Assembly (NCBI RefSeq): GCF_006345805.1
Contig: NC_043002.1
Location: 91,760,001 to 91,824,000 of the forward strand
Reading direction: 5' to 3'
From: Octopus sinensis
Taxonomy: Eukaryota
DNA length: 64,000 nt
Under the pieces are notes generated by a model, which saw only the letters and a program-made list of their open reading frames with translations, did not search any database and had not been told where the DNA came from. How positions within the stretch are numbered: position 1 is the stretch's first letter; each line of letters opens with the position of its first letter. Both the position numbers and the translations under genes were made by a program. Below, piece after piece: positions 26,428 through 39,881 of the stretch.

Positions 26428-27239
26428 ATTATATTGTCAGCATCTACTGGTCAAATGGTCTCTTCTACTGTGTACACATTCTTTTAACCGTCTTAGATTA
26501 CTGACCTTGGTCTGTTATGTGTATATCGCATCAAGGTTTTGTCAAAGAATAGTTTACCGGTTTTGTTTATTATTATGAGTGAGTATAATTTCGTAAATTT
26601 TGATCTTAGAGATTAACCAGTCTACGAGTTGTATTGTTTAGAGTTTTAACTACAATAACCCGCCAAAGAGATAGTATCGAAAGGACATTTTCGGCAGACA
26701 GCTGCTTATGATGTAGATGATATGTTCGTAATTAACTCCAGGATGTCAGCACTGATTAATACTTCTAAGTGTTTTGCTTGCTTCCATGAACCTTTTGCGC
26801 AGCATTAGGAAGTTTGTTTTGATTTCCTGTATTTGGAACTGGATTGCAAAAGCATAACTATAAAGTGAGAACAAAATATACCGATTGTTTATTCAAGAGA
26901 AACTAAGCTGGCTGTCTATGGTACTGTGACTATTTATTACTTTCTTTTGATAAATAGAAATCACCTCTTCTACTGTATTGTTGCAGTAGAAATTTACAGC
27001 ATCATCGGGTGTGTGTATCTGGTTATCAGTCAGAGAATACTACCCCAAAAGCTCCTTTCACCAGTAAAAACTTATAGACCTTTCTCTATAATTGCCAACC
27101 CTTTAGAAATACTTTTATAGTCAGTTTCAGTGGATTTGGTGGAATTTTTGCATTCCCATCTGTATTCTCAGCTTGTTCTCGCTTTAACAGCTTTAGGTAC
27201 TCTTTAGATCAATTATCTATAGGGTAAAGAGTAAAGATC

Positions 27240-27560
27240 CCTTTTGGTCATGAATGACTATAAGATTGCATGTAGAAAGTTACCCTCCACGGCACAAGTC
27301 TGAATAAGATTGTTTATAGAAGACTAGCAATAGGCTATGCATACCAGCCATCTCTCCATGCCACTGATGTTATCCGAAGGAAAGGCAAAGGCCAATATAG
27401 CTTGGCATCAGTGACGTCGCAACTCATTTCTACAGCTGTGTGAACTGGAGTAATGTGAAAAAATATCTTGCTCAAGAACACAACACAGCCCGGTCCAGGA
27501 ATCGAACTCACTACCTCAAGATTGTGAGCCCGACGCTCTAACTACTGAGCCATGCGCCAT
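27240..27560 (-). mobile_element. SINE family B head with a further tail variant (W)
   Basis: Reverse strand gcgcatggctcagtagttagagcgtcgggctcacaatc..gtgttcttgagcaag..cagctgtagaaatgagttgcgacg, then a tail distinct from X, Y and Z. Confidence 0.75.
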
Positions 27561-27699
27561 CTAACTTTCTATGGAACACTAGTGGTTCAACCACATCATC
27601 TTCCACGACTTCTTCAAAATACTTATTGTTTTCAAGTGTAACATCTTTCCGAGTTTGGTGTATATTTTCTACGTGTGGAAAACGTGTACGGTCACAGAT

Positions 27700-29480
27700 T
27701 CAACCTGGTCGAAAACTTTTTGAAGGACCATTCAAATCCAAGGGTTTCCTCTCATCCTATGACTCAGTTATGTTATACACAGCATTCGTTATGTTCACAT
27801 GTTTTCAGATGTCTTTCCCTATAGGTTTATCCTTCCTAAATTCTGTGAAAGTTCTCAGGTAATATGCCTTCAAATTAGCTATTACACATTGATCCGTTAG
27901 CTGGAGCAAAGAAATTGCATTCTTTGGGATATACTCTACTGTCACATTATTGGAAAGCTCGGTTAATATCATTCTATTGCTTAATGCATTGTCTAAAAGA
28001 AGCAATGTTTTGTTGGAAATTTTATGATTAGCAACGTATACAGACATAACAGAAGTAAATAGACAACCTTATAATCGTCAAAATTCATTTAAATCTGAAA
28101 TTATACGTTCAAATTATTTATTAATTATTGTATTGTGAATATCTGATATTTAGAAAAACATGCCCTTTGCGTTTTCAATGCAAGGGTCCTATTAGGCATG
28201 CTGCTGATCAGATCAGAAATATTCTCTTGAGGACTTTCTTGCCAATTTTCATGTTGTAATCTCAAAAGATCTATCTTTGAAGATGCTTTCTTAATTTTAT
28301 TTTTTACGAAATTTCCTGTCCAGTATTCCCCAGAGATGTTCAATAGGGTCCATATCTGGTGATCGTCTTGGCCATGGAAGCTTTTTAATGTCATTCTCTT
28401 CCAACTAATCCTGGGTCTTTTTAGCCGTGTGACAAGGAACCCCATCTTCCATAATGAGTCTTCTTTAATCGTTTCACCACTGCAGAAGATTAGAAGGATT
28501 CCTTACGGCAATATGGACACATATTTATCTGAGTTTATGTTTCCCTCACACTCCACTTGCTCTAATCGACAATTGCTTCAAATTGCTCTCCCCAGACCAT
28601 AAAAAAATAGCCGCTGTGTTTCATTGCTGGCGGCAATTTTTTCACGTCAATCCAAAGCTACTGTCAGAAACTACAGCAAATCTGGACTCATCAGAGAACA
28701 TGACAATGTCCTAAAATGCTAATGGCCTCTTCACCATCTCACTGGCCCAATATTTGCTCCACTTTATATTGGCTGGTCGAAGAAGTGGCTTCCTTCTTGC
28801 TGCTCTGCCATAGTAGCCAATTTTGTGGAGGTATCTGACAACTGTTCTGGGACTGACATCAACTTTTTCTGCAATGTCAGAGGCCCTGACACGAGGATTA
28901 TCCTCCACACTTCTCTTAACAAAGCGAAGGGGCCTGTCAGAGAGCACTGGTCGATCTGGGCGAGGTGATGTGGACTCCTTCCCCTCTCTGGTGAATTGTA
29001 CATTCACTCTATTAATTGTAGAAAGCAGGACCCCAAGGTTTTCTGCAATTTTACGCTAAGTGTATTTTCAGATTGATCCACAATACAGCCTCTTTGAAAT
29101 TCGGACAATTCCAAGGCTTCTTTTGTACGTGACATGATTAAACAGTCACATATAGAACCTGAAACATAAAAATGGCAATTAACAAAAAATATAATCCTTT
29201 TAAAGTTAAAATAAATATAAAACGAGGTTTTATGGGTGTCTATTTATTTCTGTCATGTCTATGTACCTTCCTACAGCAGGGCATAAAAGATTATTCGTGA
29301 ACCGCTCTCCGAAAAGAAGTTTAGTCATCACTTCTTTCTTATTTGAATGTCACATCAAACGCAAATTAAACTTTGCATAATCCTTGAAACACCTTGATTT
29401 TCGGTGTGATACACAAGTTTGTGATTCTTCAATGCTTTACTCTTCACCAGCGGCCGTTTCGTTGTTGACGATAGCTCTCA
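27700..29480 (-). pseudogene. Tigger/pogo DDE transposase relic interrupted by Tc1
   Basis: Removing 28039-29265 restores HSNKKEVMTKLLFGERFTNNLLCPAVGR|YVANHKISNKTLLLLDNALSN..VEYIPKNAISLLQLTDQCVIANLKAYYLR (DDE_1-like motifs). Confidence 0.85.
28039..29263 (-). mobile_element. Tc1-family DNA transposon, both TIRs present, transposase inactivated
   Basis: TIRs of about 30 bp with 5 mismatches and a TA TSD (28037-38, 29264-65). Motifs GRAARRKPLL, FSDES, WP..SPD..PIEHLW across frameshifts. Confidence 0.9.
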
Positions 29481-29984
29481 ATCTGTTCTGCAGATGATAT
29501 GTATTATGTGTGTTGTGCATGCGTTTATATGTATACAAACATATATACAGATACATAAAAACACACACATATACACACTTTTGTTATGTCTGTGGTATCA
29601 ACGGTTTCCTGCTGACATACATCAGGATTTTTCCAGCCAGAATTTTAAAATGCTTATGAAAGTGATAACTTATGTTACAAGGAGTCAAGCGTATTTTGAA
29701 TTCTGATTGAAAATATTCTCTTTCAGCAGAAAAATTTGGTAATACAGAAGTAGTATATATTTAGGCAGCTAGTAGGCTACCTGGGCAAATGGCATTTTCT
29801 GTCAGAATGCAATTGGGTGGACGGTAGCTGTGGAGAAATCCGTCGGGGACGATTGTATGTGCACTTCAAAACGTAGAGCCTTATCACAGTGTCACATGAT
29901 TATACTTTATAACTATGTCACGGGGACGCGTGGATGTGGAGTAATCAGCTGCTTATACGATAATACAGGCACAGTGGAGGAGCG

Positions 29985-30215
29985 TGGCTTAGCGGTTAGG
30001 GTGTTGACTTATGATCATAAGACTGTGGTTTTTATTTCCTGGATGGAGCGGTCCAATGTGATCTTGAGCAAAGCACTTCATTTCTCGTTCGTCTAGTCCA
30101 CTCAGCTGACAAAAGTAAGTAATCGTGCGATGGACCGGCGTCCCGTCCAAGTGGGAATATATACGCCACAAAACCGGAAAACCAGTCCATATGAGTCGGC
30201 ATGACTCGAGAAAGT
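29985..30215 (+). mobile_element. SINE family B head with tail Z
   Basis: gagcgtggcttagcggttagggtgttgac..cttgagcaaagcacttcatttc..ccactcagctg, then gcgatggaccggcgtcccgtcc..ccatatgagtcggcatgactcgag. Confidence 0.8.
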
Positions 30216-30283
30216 AAATTTATTTTCAGTTACTTTAATACATGAGCAGGTAATCCAGTTGTTTGGATAACGAAATCCACTAG

Positions 30284-30320
<37 letters not shown>

Positions 30321-30469
30321 GACAAACTTCGTTCAGTTTCCATCTACCATATCCACTCACAAGGCTTTGGTAGGTCCGAGGCTATAGTAGAAGATTCTTG
30401 CCCAAGGTGTCACGCAGTAGGATTGAACTCGGAACCATACGGTTGGGAAGCAAGCTTCTTACATATTAT

Positions 30470-30522
<53 letters not shown>

Positions 30523-31297
30523 TGGTGTGTGTGTGTGCTGTGTATATATGCATGTATGTATGGATGTATGTATGTATCATATATTGCTGACATACGAATT
30601 TTATAAACACTCGAGGAACGGTAACGTATCGAAACACATAAAGCTATAAACAATAGCGTATGTAAAAATATGAGTGTGTGTTTGTGTAAGCATGTGCGCG
30701 TGTGTGTGAGTGTGTGTGTATATATATACATACAGACATACATACATACATACATATATACATACATGCATACATGCAAGCATTTGTATTTATATGTGTA
30801 TGTGTATACATACACGCGCGTGCGCATGCTCACACATCTACAGAGAGACAGGAAGAACGCGGGACGTTTCGCTTGTGTAAGAAAAGCAGAACATTTCGGT
30901 CAAAAGACATACCTGTGTCTGTCTGTCTGTGTATTTGTGGTGTGTGTGTGTGTGCGTGTGTGTGTGTGTATGCATACGTGCGTTCGTGTGTGTGTATTTA
31001 GGTATGTACGTATGTATGTACAGTGATTTGTAGCCGAACTAAAATCCACAACAGTATTTTCTAGGGTAAATACTTATTGATGAATCGATCCATTTCGATT
31101 TAACCCTTTTATGCAGTTACCTTATAATCAGATTCTCCGTCTCCGTTCTCACGCTTGTTTTTTCTCTCTTTACATCATTTATGCATGCACACACTTACAC
31201 ATATACACATATGTCTATATAATATATATAATATATATATATATATATAATATATATTATATATATATACATATATATATACACACAATATATATAT

Positions 31298-31332
<35 letters not shown>

Positions 31333-31636
31333 ATATCTATATACATATATGTATATACATGTATGTGTATATATATGTATATATACATATATGTTTATGT
31401 ATATATCTATATACATACATGTATATATATATATGTGTGTATAAGTATGTATATATATGTATATATATGTGTGTGTGTGTATGTATGTATATTTATATTT
31501 ATAGCTATCTATCTATCTATATATATATATTTGTCCATATATGTATTTGTATATGTACGTATATATATATATATATGTGTGTGTGTATATATACATATAT
31601 ATATATATGTGTGTATATATACATATATATATATAC

Positions 31637-31670
<34 letters not shown>

Positions 31671-32502
31671 CTATATATATATAATATTATATATATATAT
31701 ATATAATATTATATATATATAGATATATATATATTATATAATATATATATATATATATCTATGTCGACATTAAGAAAGCGGTATATACACATTGAAGTAG
31801 TGATAGTAATACAACACTGTGCCTGTGAGTTTGCGTGTGTGAAAGTCATTGTCTAAATGTGCATGTATGTGTATATACCCGTATGAAGGTTGTATGTATG
31901 CGTACGTCAAGGTGTAAGACATGTCATAAGTTCATTACTAAGATATTCATGGTAGTCATTGTATATTCAATCCACATAACGGCCAACCTCACGACTCAAA
32001 AACCATAAGTAACAACAATTTCCAGAATAGATTTATCGACAATCTCACAGAATGAGGACCGGACGAGGTAGTGGCAGCGGTGGCGGTACTGTTTGTGGTG
32101 GTGGTGGTAGTGCAACTGTCAGTGGCGGTAGCGATGGCATTGGTAGTGGTGATGACGGTGGCAGTGGTAGTGCTAATGGTAGTGGCGGCGGCGTCAGTAA
32201 TGGTGGCAGCGGGGCAGCGGTGGTGGTTGTGTTGTGTTGACGGTAGGGGTTGCAATGGATGCTGGGAGTTAGTGGTTGCGACTGCGGCAGTAGTAGTATT
32301 GTTGGTAGCGGTGGTGGTGGTGGTGGTGGTGTAATGGTGATGGAGATGGTGGGTGTAATGGTGGTAGTGGCGAAAATAGCTTTTATACAATTCTGGTGGT
32401 TTTAGTGGAAGAAGAGAAAGAGAAGGAAAAATATGGAGGAAAAGAGGGAGCAGATGAGCGAGGGCGAGAGAGAAGATCGACGAACAGACAGACAAATGAT
32501 AG

Positions 32503-32549
32503 ACGATAAATGATGAGCTTGACGTTCATGATGACGATGATGACGATAG

Positions 32550-32586
<37 letters not shown>

Positions 32587-32636
32587 CTTGACGTTCATGA
32601 TGACGATGATGATGGTAGTATTGATGATGATGATAG

Positions 32637-32676
<40 letters not shown>

Positions 32677-32810
32677 CTTGACGTTCATGATGACGATGAT
32701 AATAGTGTTGATGATGATGATGATGATGATGACGACGATGATGATAGTGTTGCTGCTGCTGCTGCTGATGATGATGATCTTGACGTTCATGATGACGATG
32801 ATGATGATAG

Positions 32811-32842
<32 letters not shown>

Positions 32843-32878
32843 TGATCTTGACGTTCATGATGACGATGATGATGATAG

Positions 32879-32911
<33 letters not shown>

Positions 32912-32933
32912 CGATGATGATAGTGTTGCTGCT

Positions 32934-32964
<31 letters not shown>

Positions 32965-33124
32965 ATCTTGACGTTCATGATGACGATGATAATGATAGTG
33001 ATGATGATGATAATGATGATGATGATCTTGACGTTCATGATGACGATGATGATGATAGTGATGATGATGATAATGATGATGATGATCTTGACGTTCATGA
33101 TGACGATGATGATTATAGTGTTGC

Positions 33125-33166
<42 letters not shown>

Positions 33167-33170
33167 CAAC
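32503..33170. repeat. Higher-order (GAT)n minisatellite with 8 CTTGACGTTCAT anchors
   Basis: Anchors near 32518, 32587, 32677, 32779, 32847, 32967, 33027 and 33087. The last units have an exact 60-bp period. Confidence 0.9.
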
Positions 33171-33333
33171 GAAGCCATTGAAAATGTGATTTCGTGTTTG
33201 AAATATTAGATTTAAAGTTAAAAAATAATGCAAAAGCAACGAAAGTCGTTAAATGTCTCCTGACAGACAAATCAGCAATTCTCTGTTCATGCTTTTATAT
33301 TCCATTGTGTTTATATCATTTCTTAGAGGTTGC

Positions 33334-33370
<37 letters not shown>

Positions 33371-33414
33371 GATGATGATGATCATGTTGTTGTTTTTGTT
33401 GTTGTTGATGTTGC

Positions 33415-33486
33415 TGTTTAGCACAAGGTCAGCTCTGGCCCAGTGTTTTCGCCGTGACTATTCCAATGTTTTGATTTTCAAGCGTA

Positions 33487-33534
<48 letters not shown>

Positions 33535-33606
33535 TGCGTTTGAAAATCAGAACATTGGAATAGTCACGGTGAGAACACTGGACCAGAGCTGACCTTGTGC
33601 TAAACA
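33415..33606. repeat. Inverted repeat (about 72-bp arms) around (TA)n
   Basis: tgtttagcacaaggtcagctctgg..agt and act..ccagagctgaccttgtgctaaaca, 6 mismatches, all transitions. Confidence 0.9.
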
Positions 33607-34324
33607 TATATATATATAGACGCAGGAAGTTTTTTTAAAGAGTCATAAGTGCGTCGAACAAAATGACGTTTCGGTCATTTGTTCTGGTTCTTTACTTCCT
33701 GAATTCAAATTACGCCGAGGTCAGTTTTTAGTTTTGATCCCTTTGGGATGGATAAAGTAAAGTACCAGCGATGTTCTGATAATGATATACTGGACAGACC
33801 GTTTTAAAAAGAGAAAAAGAAGATCCTACAAAAGATGAAATTGTATGTCCGGGACCAGGTCATCACGTGTATCCTTCCTTTTGAAGAGGCTAGGGTTTGA
33901 GACTCTTATTTCAAACACGCCGAGGGACTTCATAGAGTCTCGCTGATTGGCTGCGAAAGATGACATCTTTGACGTAAAGACTGGATATTTCAATGCATTT
34001 CAGTTGGATATATATCAACTCAATTTTCATCATCTGCCAGGTGTGAAACTGTATAATCATTTACTCATTTCTTTCGATTCTGCAAGTATGGACTCTGTGC
34101 TAAATGTCTGTCGATAAGAGGAGGTCATCTGAAGTCAAACGAAAGGACTGACGTAGGTGAATATCCTTTCAAATGTCAGATCTTTGCTTGTACATCTTAT
34201 AGCTTCACTATTTGGCATTTCTTTAGATAAACATATAGAAGGGGAACAACATATAAATATAAAGACACAGAAAATTATAACTCTGAAAGCATTCGAAAAT
34301 ACATGGGCTATAAATATCCTTTTC

Positions 34325-34503
34325 TACTGTAGTCACAACGCCCGAAATTTTTGGGGAGGGGGCCAGTCGATTAGATCGACCCCAGAACACAACTGGTACT
34401 TAATTTATCGACTCCGTGGAATTTGAACTCAGAACGTAGCGGCAGACGAAATACCTCTAAGCATTTCGCCCGGTTTGCTAACGATTCTGCCAGCTCGCCG
34501 CCT
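34325..34503 (-). mobile_element. SINE family C copy
   Basis: Reverse of the C head and body with the ttttggggagggg tail variant. Confidence 0.85.
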
Positions 34504-34649
34504 TACATGGGCTCTGAATATTAAATATAAAGTATGCAACAATATTTCCCTCGACGTCAGTTTAGTCATTATACACATCCATCACATTCACCACCAACGT
34601 TTTAAATAATTGCATCGAACCACAGTATATCGGCATACATACGAACATA

Positions 34650-34865
34650 CAAGGGGGTGCTTAAAAGTTCCTGATTTGGGTATAAAGGAAATACAGGAGG
34701 ATTTATTAATTATGATTTTACTCAACATACTCCTGTCAGATTCACACACTAATTGCAACGGCCCTTCAGTTTTTTTGAGCCCTGTAAATAGAACTCGGAA
34801 GGTTGGACCAACAGCCAAGGCTTTCGCGATAACCTTAAAGCCAGGAACTTTTCAGCACCTCCTCG
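34650..34865. mobile_element. Mariner-type MITE
   Basis: TIRs caagggggtgcttaaaagttcctg and ccaggaacttttcagcacctcctcg, TA on both sides. Confidence 0.8.
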
Positions 34866-34949
34866 TATGTATGTATTATATATACGTATACATACATATG
34901 CGTATAAATATATATGCATATATATATATATACATATATATATATGTAC

Positions 34950-35039
<90 letters not shown>

Positions 35040-35083
35040 ATATATATATACATATATATATATATATTATATTATATATATAT

Positions 35084-35114
<31 letters not shown>

Positions 35115-35281
35115 CGAGGTCTGCTGAAGTTCCGGGCTTTGGGGAAAGGAAAATTATGTTTTATTTAACATATTTCCCTCTCAGATTCACACACTTATTC
35201 CAGCGATCCTTCAGGTTTTCTAAGCCTTGTAAAAGAACTCGGAAGGTTGGACCTCCAGCCAGGCTTTTCAGCAGCCCTTCA
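35115..35281. mobile_element. Related mariner-type MITE
   Basis: cgaggtctgctgaagttcc..aggcttttcagcagcccttca. Shares internal tcagattcacacac and agaactcggaaggttggacc with the 34650 copy. TA flanks. Confidence 0.7.
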
Positions 35282-36334
35282 TACGTACATCTAAGTATGT
35301 ACCTATGAACGTATGTATGTATTTCTGTGCATTTGAATGCATGATGGACTCTCGCGTCGATTTCAATGAATAAGGATCAAAAACTTCAGAAAAATTTGAC
35401 CCAACAAAACAACCTAAACAGTTGATTTGTTTACAGTGCTGCACATTATAGAAAAACAAATAGTAAAAAAAAATATGCACTTTATTCCGGAGTAACCTTC
35501 TCTACGGGGCATGCTTCAATGTGCCTCGCTCCCTCTGGTTTTACGGCATGCGGTATTCCAGCCTGGAATTTATGTCCCCACGCAAGAGGTGTATACATGT
35601 GTGTATAGATAAATTAAATAGGTAGACATATATAAATAAATAATGGATTCAATACTTGTATAAATTCTTTCATAATATATATTTTTTTAATTGTAATTTA
35701 AAATGTTGCCGGTGTGGCATATTTAAACTCATGGACCGTTTGCACAAAATCACTACCGATTAAATTTCGAAGTCATTTTCGAGAAACTTTGTGCGTGTGT
35801 GTGGTTAGGATATTACATAATTTTGTGTGTGTATGTATGTGTGAGAGAGAGAAAAAGAGACAGACAGAGACAGAGAAAGGCACGCACGTACACAGAGTTA
35901 CCTGCTTGAGACCGCGTATTGAAGTTGAAGCTATTAAAACGTGGATCCAGCCATTCGAGACATTTAATAACACACACAAACGGTTAACATCACTGTTGAT
36001 TTATTTTATGAGGTGTTAAAGTTTCCTTCGTGTTTGTTTCATTGTTTGGTGTGCTTGGCCGATTGTATCTCTATGCCTGTTCAATTTATCACAAGCCAGC
36101 AATGTCTTACAGTCGCATTGGTAGGACAACTATTTTGGAAAACTGTTTATTGTGTACAACAGAAAATCCTTCATAATCTGCTCCTAAACGATCATTATCT
36201 ACTCTCTCACAGTCTTAGTTTAGAACTCGCTGGTTCTTATCACATTTGCTGTATTCTCCAGTGAAGGGCTGTGAGCGCCTGATATCGTCTTCCATTGTCT
36301 GGCTATCAGTTTCGGACTTTCTATACGTTCGGTG

Positions 36335-36420
36335 CCTAGTAGTGCTATTCCTTGTATGCTGTGTATGTGTATAAATCCTGAGGTTTTTATTTTGTTTTTG
36401 TAACGTTTTAAATTTATTTC
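36335..36420 (-). mobile_element. Short Dong-like 3' ORF fragment
   Basis: KTSGFIHIHSIQGIALLGT resembles KTPGLTNTYNIQKIALLGT at 18.9 kb. Confidence 0.5.
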
Positions 36421-36654
36421 CAACACAGCTTTTATTATGAAGATAACTTTATAGAATATAAAGTTTTCTAATTGAATTCATTGACGTTGCAAATTTGTCT
36501 TTTTAAAACTGAAAACATGGTTAACATTAGATAACAGAATAAAGAGAAAAGGAAGATTAGTGGTTTTCCGTTGATATGAATTAAAATAGGCTAGTTACTA
36601 AAATAATTTACGACTCGCAGACTATAAACCTTATCTTTCGTACATGTTTATCCT

Positions 36655-37342
36655 ATACCTATTTCTTTACTACCCACAAGGGGCTAAACACAGAGAGGAC
36701 AAACAAGAACAGACAAACGGATTAAGTCGACGACTATATCGACCCCAGTGCGTAACTGGTACTTATTTAACCGACCCCAAAAGGATGAAAGGCAAAGTCG
36801 ACCTTGGCGGAATTTGAACTCAGAACGAAGCGACAGACGAAATACTTATTTATTTACTATCCACAAGGGGCTAAACACAGAGGAGACAAACAAAGACAGA
36901 CAGACGGATTAAGTCGATTATATCGACACCAGTGCGTAAGTGGTCCTTAATTTATCGACCCCGATGGATAAAAGGCAAAGTCGACCTCGGCGGAATTTGA
37001 ACTCGGAACGTACGCACTGGGGTCGATATAATCGATTTAATCCGTCTGTCTGTCCTTGTTTGTCTCCTCTGTAAATTTGAACTCAGAACGTAACGACAGA
37101 CAAAATACTTATTTCTTTATTACCCACAAGGGGCTAAACATAGAGGGGACAAACAAGGACAGACATAGGTATTAAGTCGATTATATCGACCCCAATGCGT
37201 AACTGGTACTTATTTAATCGACCCCGAAAGGATGAAAGGCAAAGTCGACCTCGGCGGAATTTGAACTCAGAACGTAACGGCAGACGAAATACCGCTAAGC
37301 ATTTCGCCCGGCGTGCTAACGTTTCTGCCAGTTCGCCGCCTC
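36655..37342 (-). mobile_element. Multimeric SINE family C array with an internal inverted segment
   Basis: One complete copy (about 37108-37342) plus head-truncated tandem units. A plus-strand piece at 37010-37072 is the inverse of 36877-36940. Confidence 0.88.
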
Positions 37343-37693
37343 GTACATGTTTATCTTATACCGTTTAGTCAGACACGATAACTGTCGTGGAAAGAAACTC
37401 AGCATCTCTGAACAGGGAAGTATGTCTTCTAACGGAACTTGGCACTTAATACGCGTTCAGTAAGGTTAGTCGCATGAGAGACAAATTTTCACGGGACAGG
37501 TCCCTAGTGTTCTATTGACAGTAACTTTCTCATATTTGTATGCTCTTCACTTTCACCAAACAGAGACGAATAGTGTAAAATAAATAAAAAAAATAGTAAA
37601 ATTTGGGGTCTTTCTTTAACACAATGTGAATTGAGTGCAGTCGAGGGAAGGTCATGTTCTGTGTGTTGGTAACTTAACCACTTAGACATTTCA

Positions 37694-38208
37694 TCTATAT
37701 ATATAAAACTGTAGTTGTGTGAGTGTCTGTCTCCTACGATTTAGATTCCTAACTCCTCCCACATTTTGCGGTGCAGTTTAACCAAATTCGGGTATCTTAT
37801 AGTCGTGATTAATATCGAGCCCGTCTGGCTATTAGCGCGCGTCTACGATGAGTCTACGATTTTAAAAATAATTTAACATCATTTTTTATTCCATTTTAAT
37901 GCATAATTTTTCGTGTGTCGATGGCGGCGGAGTTGGCGTCCACGCTCAAACACCTGCACCTGTGTTTGCTTCTCCCCCTTCTTCCTCCCTCGTGAAGCTG
38001 TGGGGAAAGGAGTTTAAGGAAATCAACGTCGTAATGCGTTGTCAAGGAGACCAGCGTTCTTTTAGAACAACGACTTCATGGCTTGAAGACACCAAAACAG
38101 AAATGGCTAAGAAAGCCCGAATTGGCATCTATAAGGAAGTAACTCTCTAAAAATGCTTATATAGTTATTTCCCTTACAAACCCGAGCAACGCCGGGCGAT
38201 ACTGCTAG
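37694..38208 (+). mobile_element. Non-autonomous Helitron
   Basis: 5' TC start (A|TCtatatatataaaactg), subterminal hairpin cccgagcaacgccggg, 3' CTAG|T end, inserted in an AT dinucleotide with no TSD. Confidence 0.85.
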
Positions 38209-38692
38209 TCGATAATAAATTAGAGCCTTAAAACTCATTCGAACGAGTGCTTCGGTTTGCTGAACAGCGCAAAAAAAAAAAAATGCAGAAAGACAAGAAG
38301 CCATCAGTTACTTGGCAGTAGCCATAGTCCGAAATCAATGCCTGTAACAGAAGTAAGAATTGCGCTACAAAAGTGAACTGAGGTCATAGGTCTGCGACCT
38401 AAATATTTGTTATCATGTTATTGTAATGTGAAGCAGCCTCAGTGTTTGAAGATTAACACGTTGATTAGAAATTCAGACTTGACTAGTCGCCTTCAATTGT
38501 ATAAAATTGACGACAAAACTCTTCTACTGCAATATAATGATATAATGGTCTAATGACTTTGAATTAACTCGCTGCAAGGATTTCACAAAACTCTCCCCCC
38601 CCCCCGCCATTCTCTCTCTCTCTCTCTCTCCCCGTCCGTTTTTCTCTTACACACAAATTCTTTCATTCACAGATCTATTCACATTCACTGAT

Positions 38693-38730
<38 letters not shown>

Positions 38731-38855
38731 TCTCCCTCTACCTCACTCTCTCTTTTGCTTACAATACAAGCACATATTCTTTGTCTGTCTGTTAATCTGC
38801 TTTTTTCTCTTTCTCTCTCTCTTTCTCTCTGACATGCGCTCACAACACACATAAA

Positions 38856-38892
<37 letters not shown>

Positions 38893-39881
38893 TACTTAAA
38901 CGCACTCATGCATTCATTTACACACACTGTATCTCCCTCTTCTTTTTCTTCTTCTTCACTTTCTCCTCTCTCTCTCTCTCTCCCTCTCTCTCCCTCTCTC
39001 TCTCTCTTTCTTATACGCGCACACACTATCTCTCTCTCTCTCTCTTTCTTATACACGCATACACTATCTCTCTCTCTCTCTTTCTTTTACACGCACACAC
39101 TTTCTCTCTCTTACACACCTATTCACACAGACTATTTTTCTTCCTCTGTCTTTTAATCACGACACACTCAATTCTCCGTCTATCTGTCACCCCCGTCTCC
39201 CACTCACATTCAAACACGCACATTCATTTACACACTCACACACTCGCTCTCGCACCTTCTTCTTCTTCCTCCTCCTCCCTTGCCCCCCCCCACCTCCTCT
39301 CTCTCTCTCACACACACACACACTCACACGCACACAGCCTAGTTGTTTATCTCTATTCTAGTCACACAAGACAACTTGTTGTTTATTGTTCGGTTAGTTA
39401 TTCCATAACCCCTATCTCTTTCAGTCGTTCTCCTTGCGCGCATTAGTTGCGCCGTCGCCGCTACTCTCTGATATACCATGTGTCATTGCTGAAACCGTAT
39501 GTTTATTTATTGGGCCATTTATATCTAATCCTTTTCAACAGAAGAATCTGCAGAACATCATTGCCACTTACAAGAATATGGTTTGACGTTATTTTCACCT
39601 GATTCCACAATGTCGATCTGACGACAGAATGAGCTGGTAATGTTATCACAAACGACATAAATATTGTTGATTTATGTTGAGCAAGAATCGATTGAATATC
39701 ATTACCATTTCAATATGGTACTATGGCATTGTTGCAATGTCAAAGAGGAGGTCATTGCGTCTGTTAAATTTCTCCACTAGTCGGCAATACTCAGTTCTCA
39801 CAATTGCTGTTCTTTATACATATTAGTCGGCACATTTCTCCATTTGCCGCCTCGGATTTACGCAGTCGAAATTAAATCATG

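Noticed and set aside
32052-32334. Gly/Ser-rich and Val/Ala-rich ORFs
   Set aside because: Cryptic (GGT/GGC/AGT) simple sequence that is open in several frames, with no splice or start support.
32503-33170. CRISPR-like look of a repeated anchor with spacers
   Set aside because: The spacers are (GAT)n, not unique sequence. The DNA is eukaryotic and no cas genes are present.
39542-39586. Strong acceptors at 6246, 25800, 39541 and 54879
   Set aside because: The downstream frames hit stops quickly and lack matching donors. Such sites are expected by chance in AT-rich DNA.
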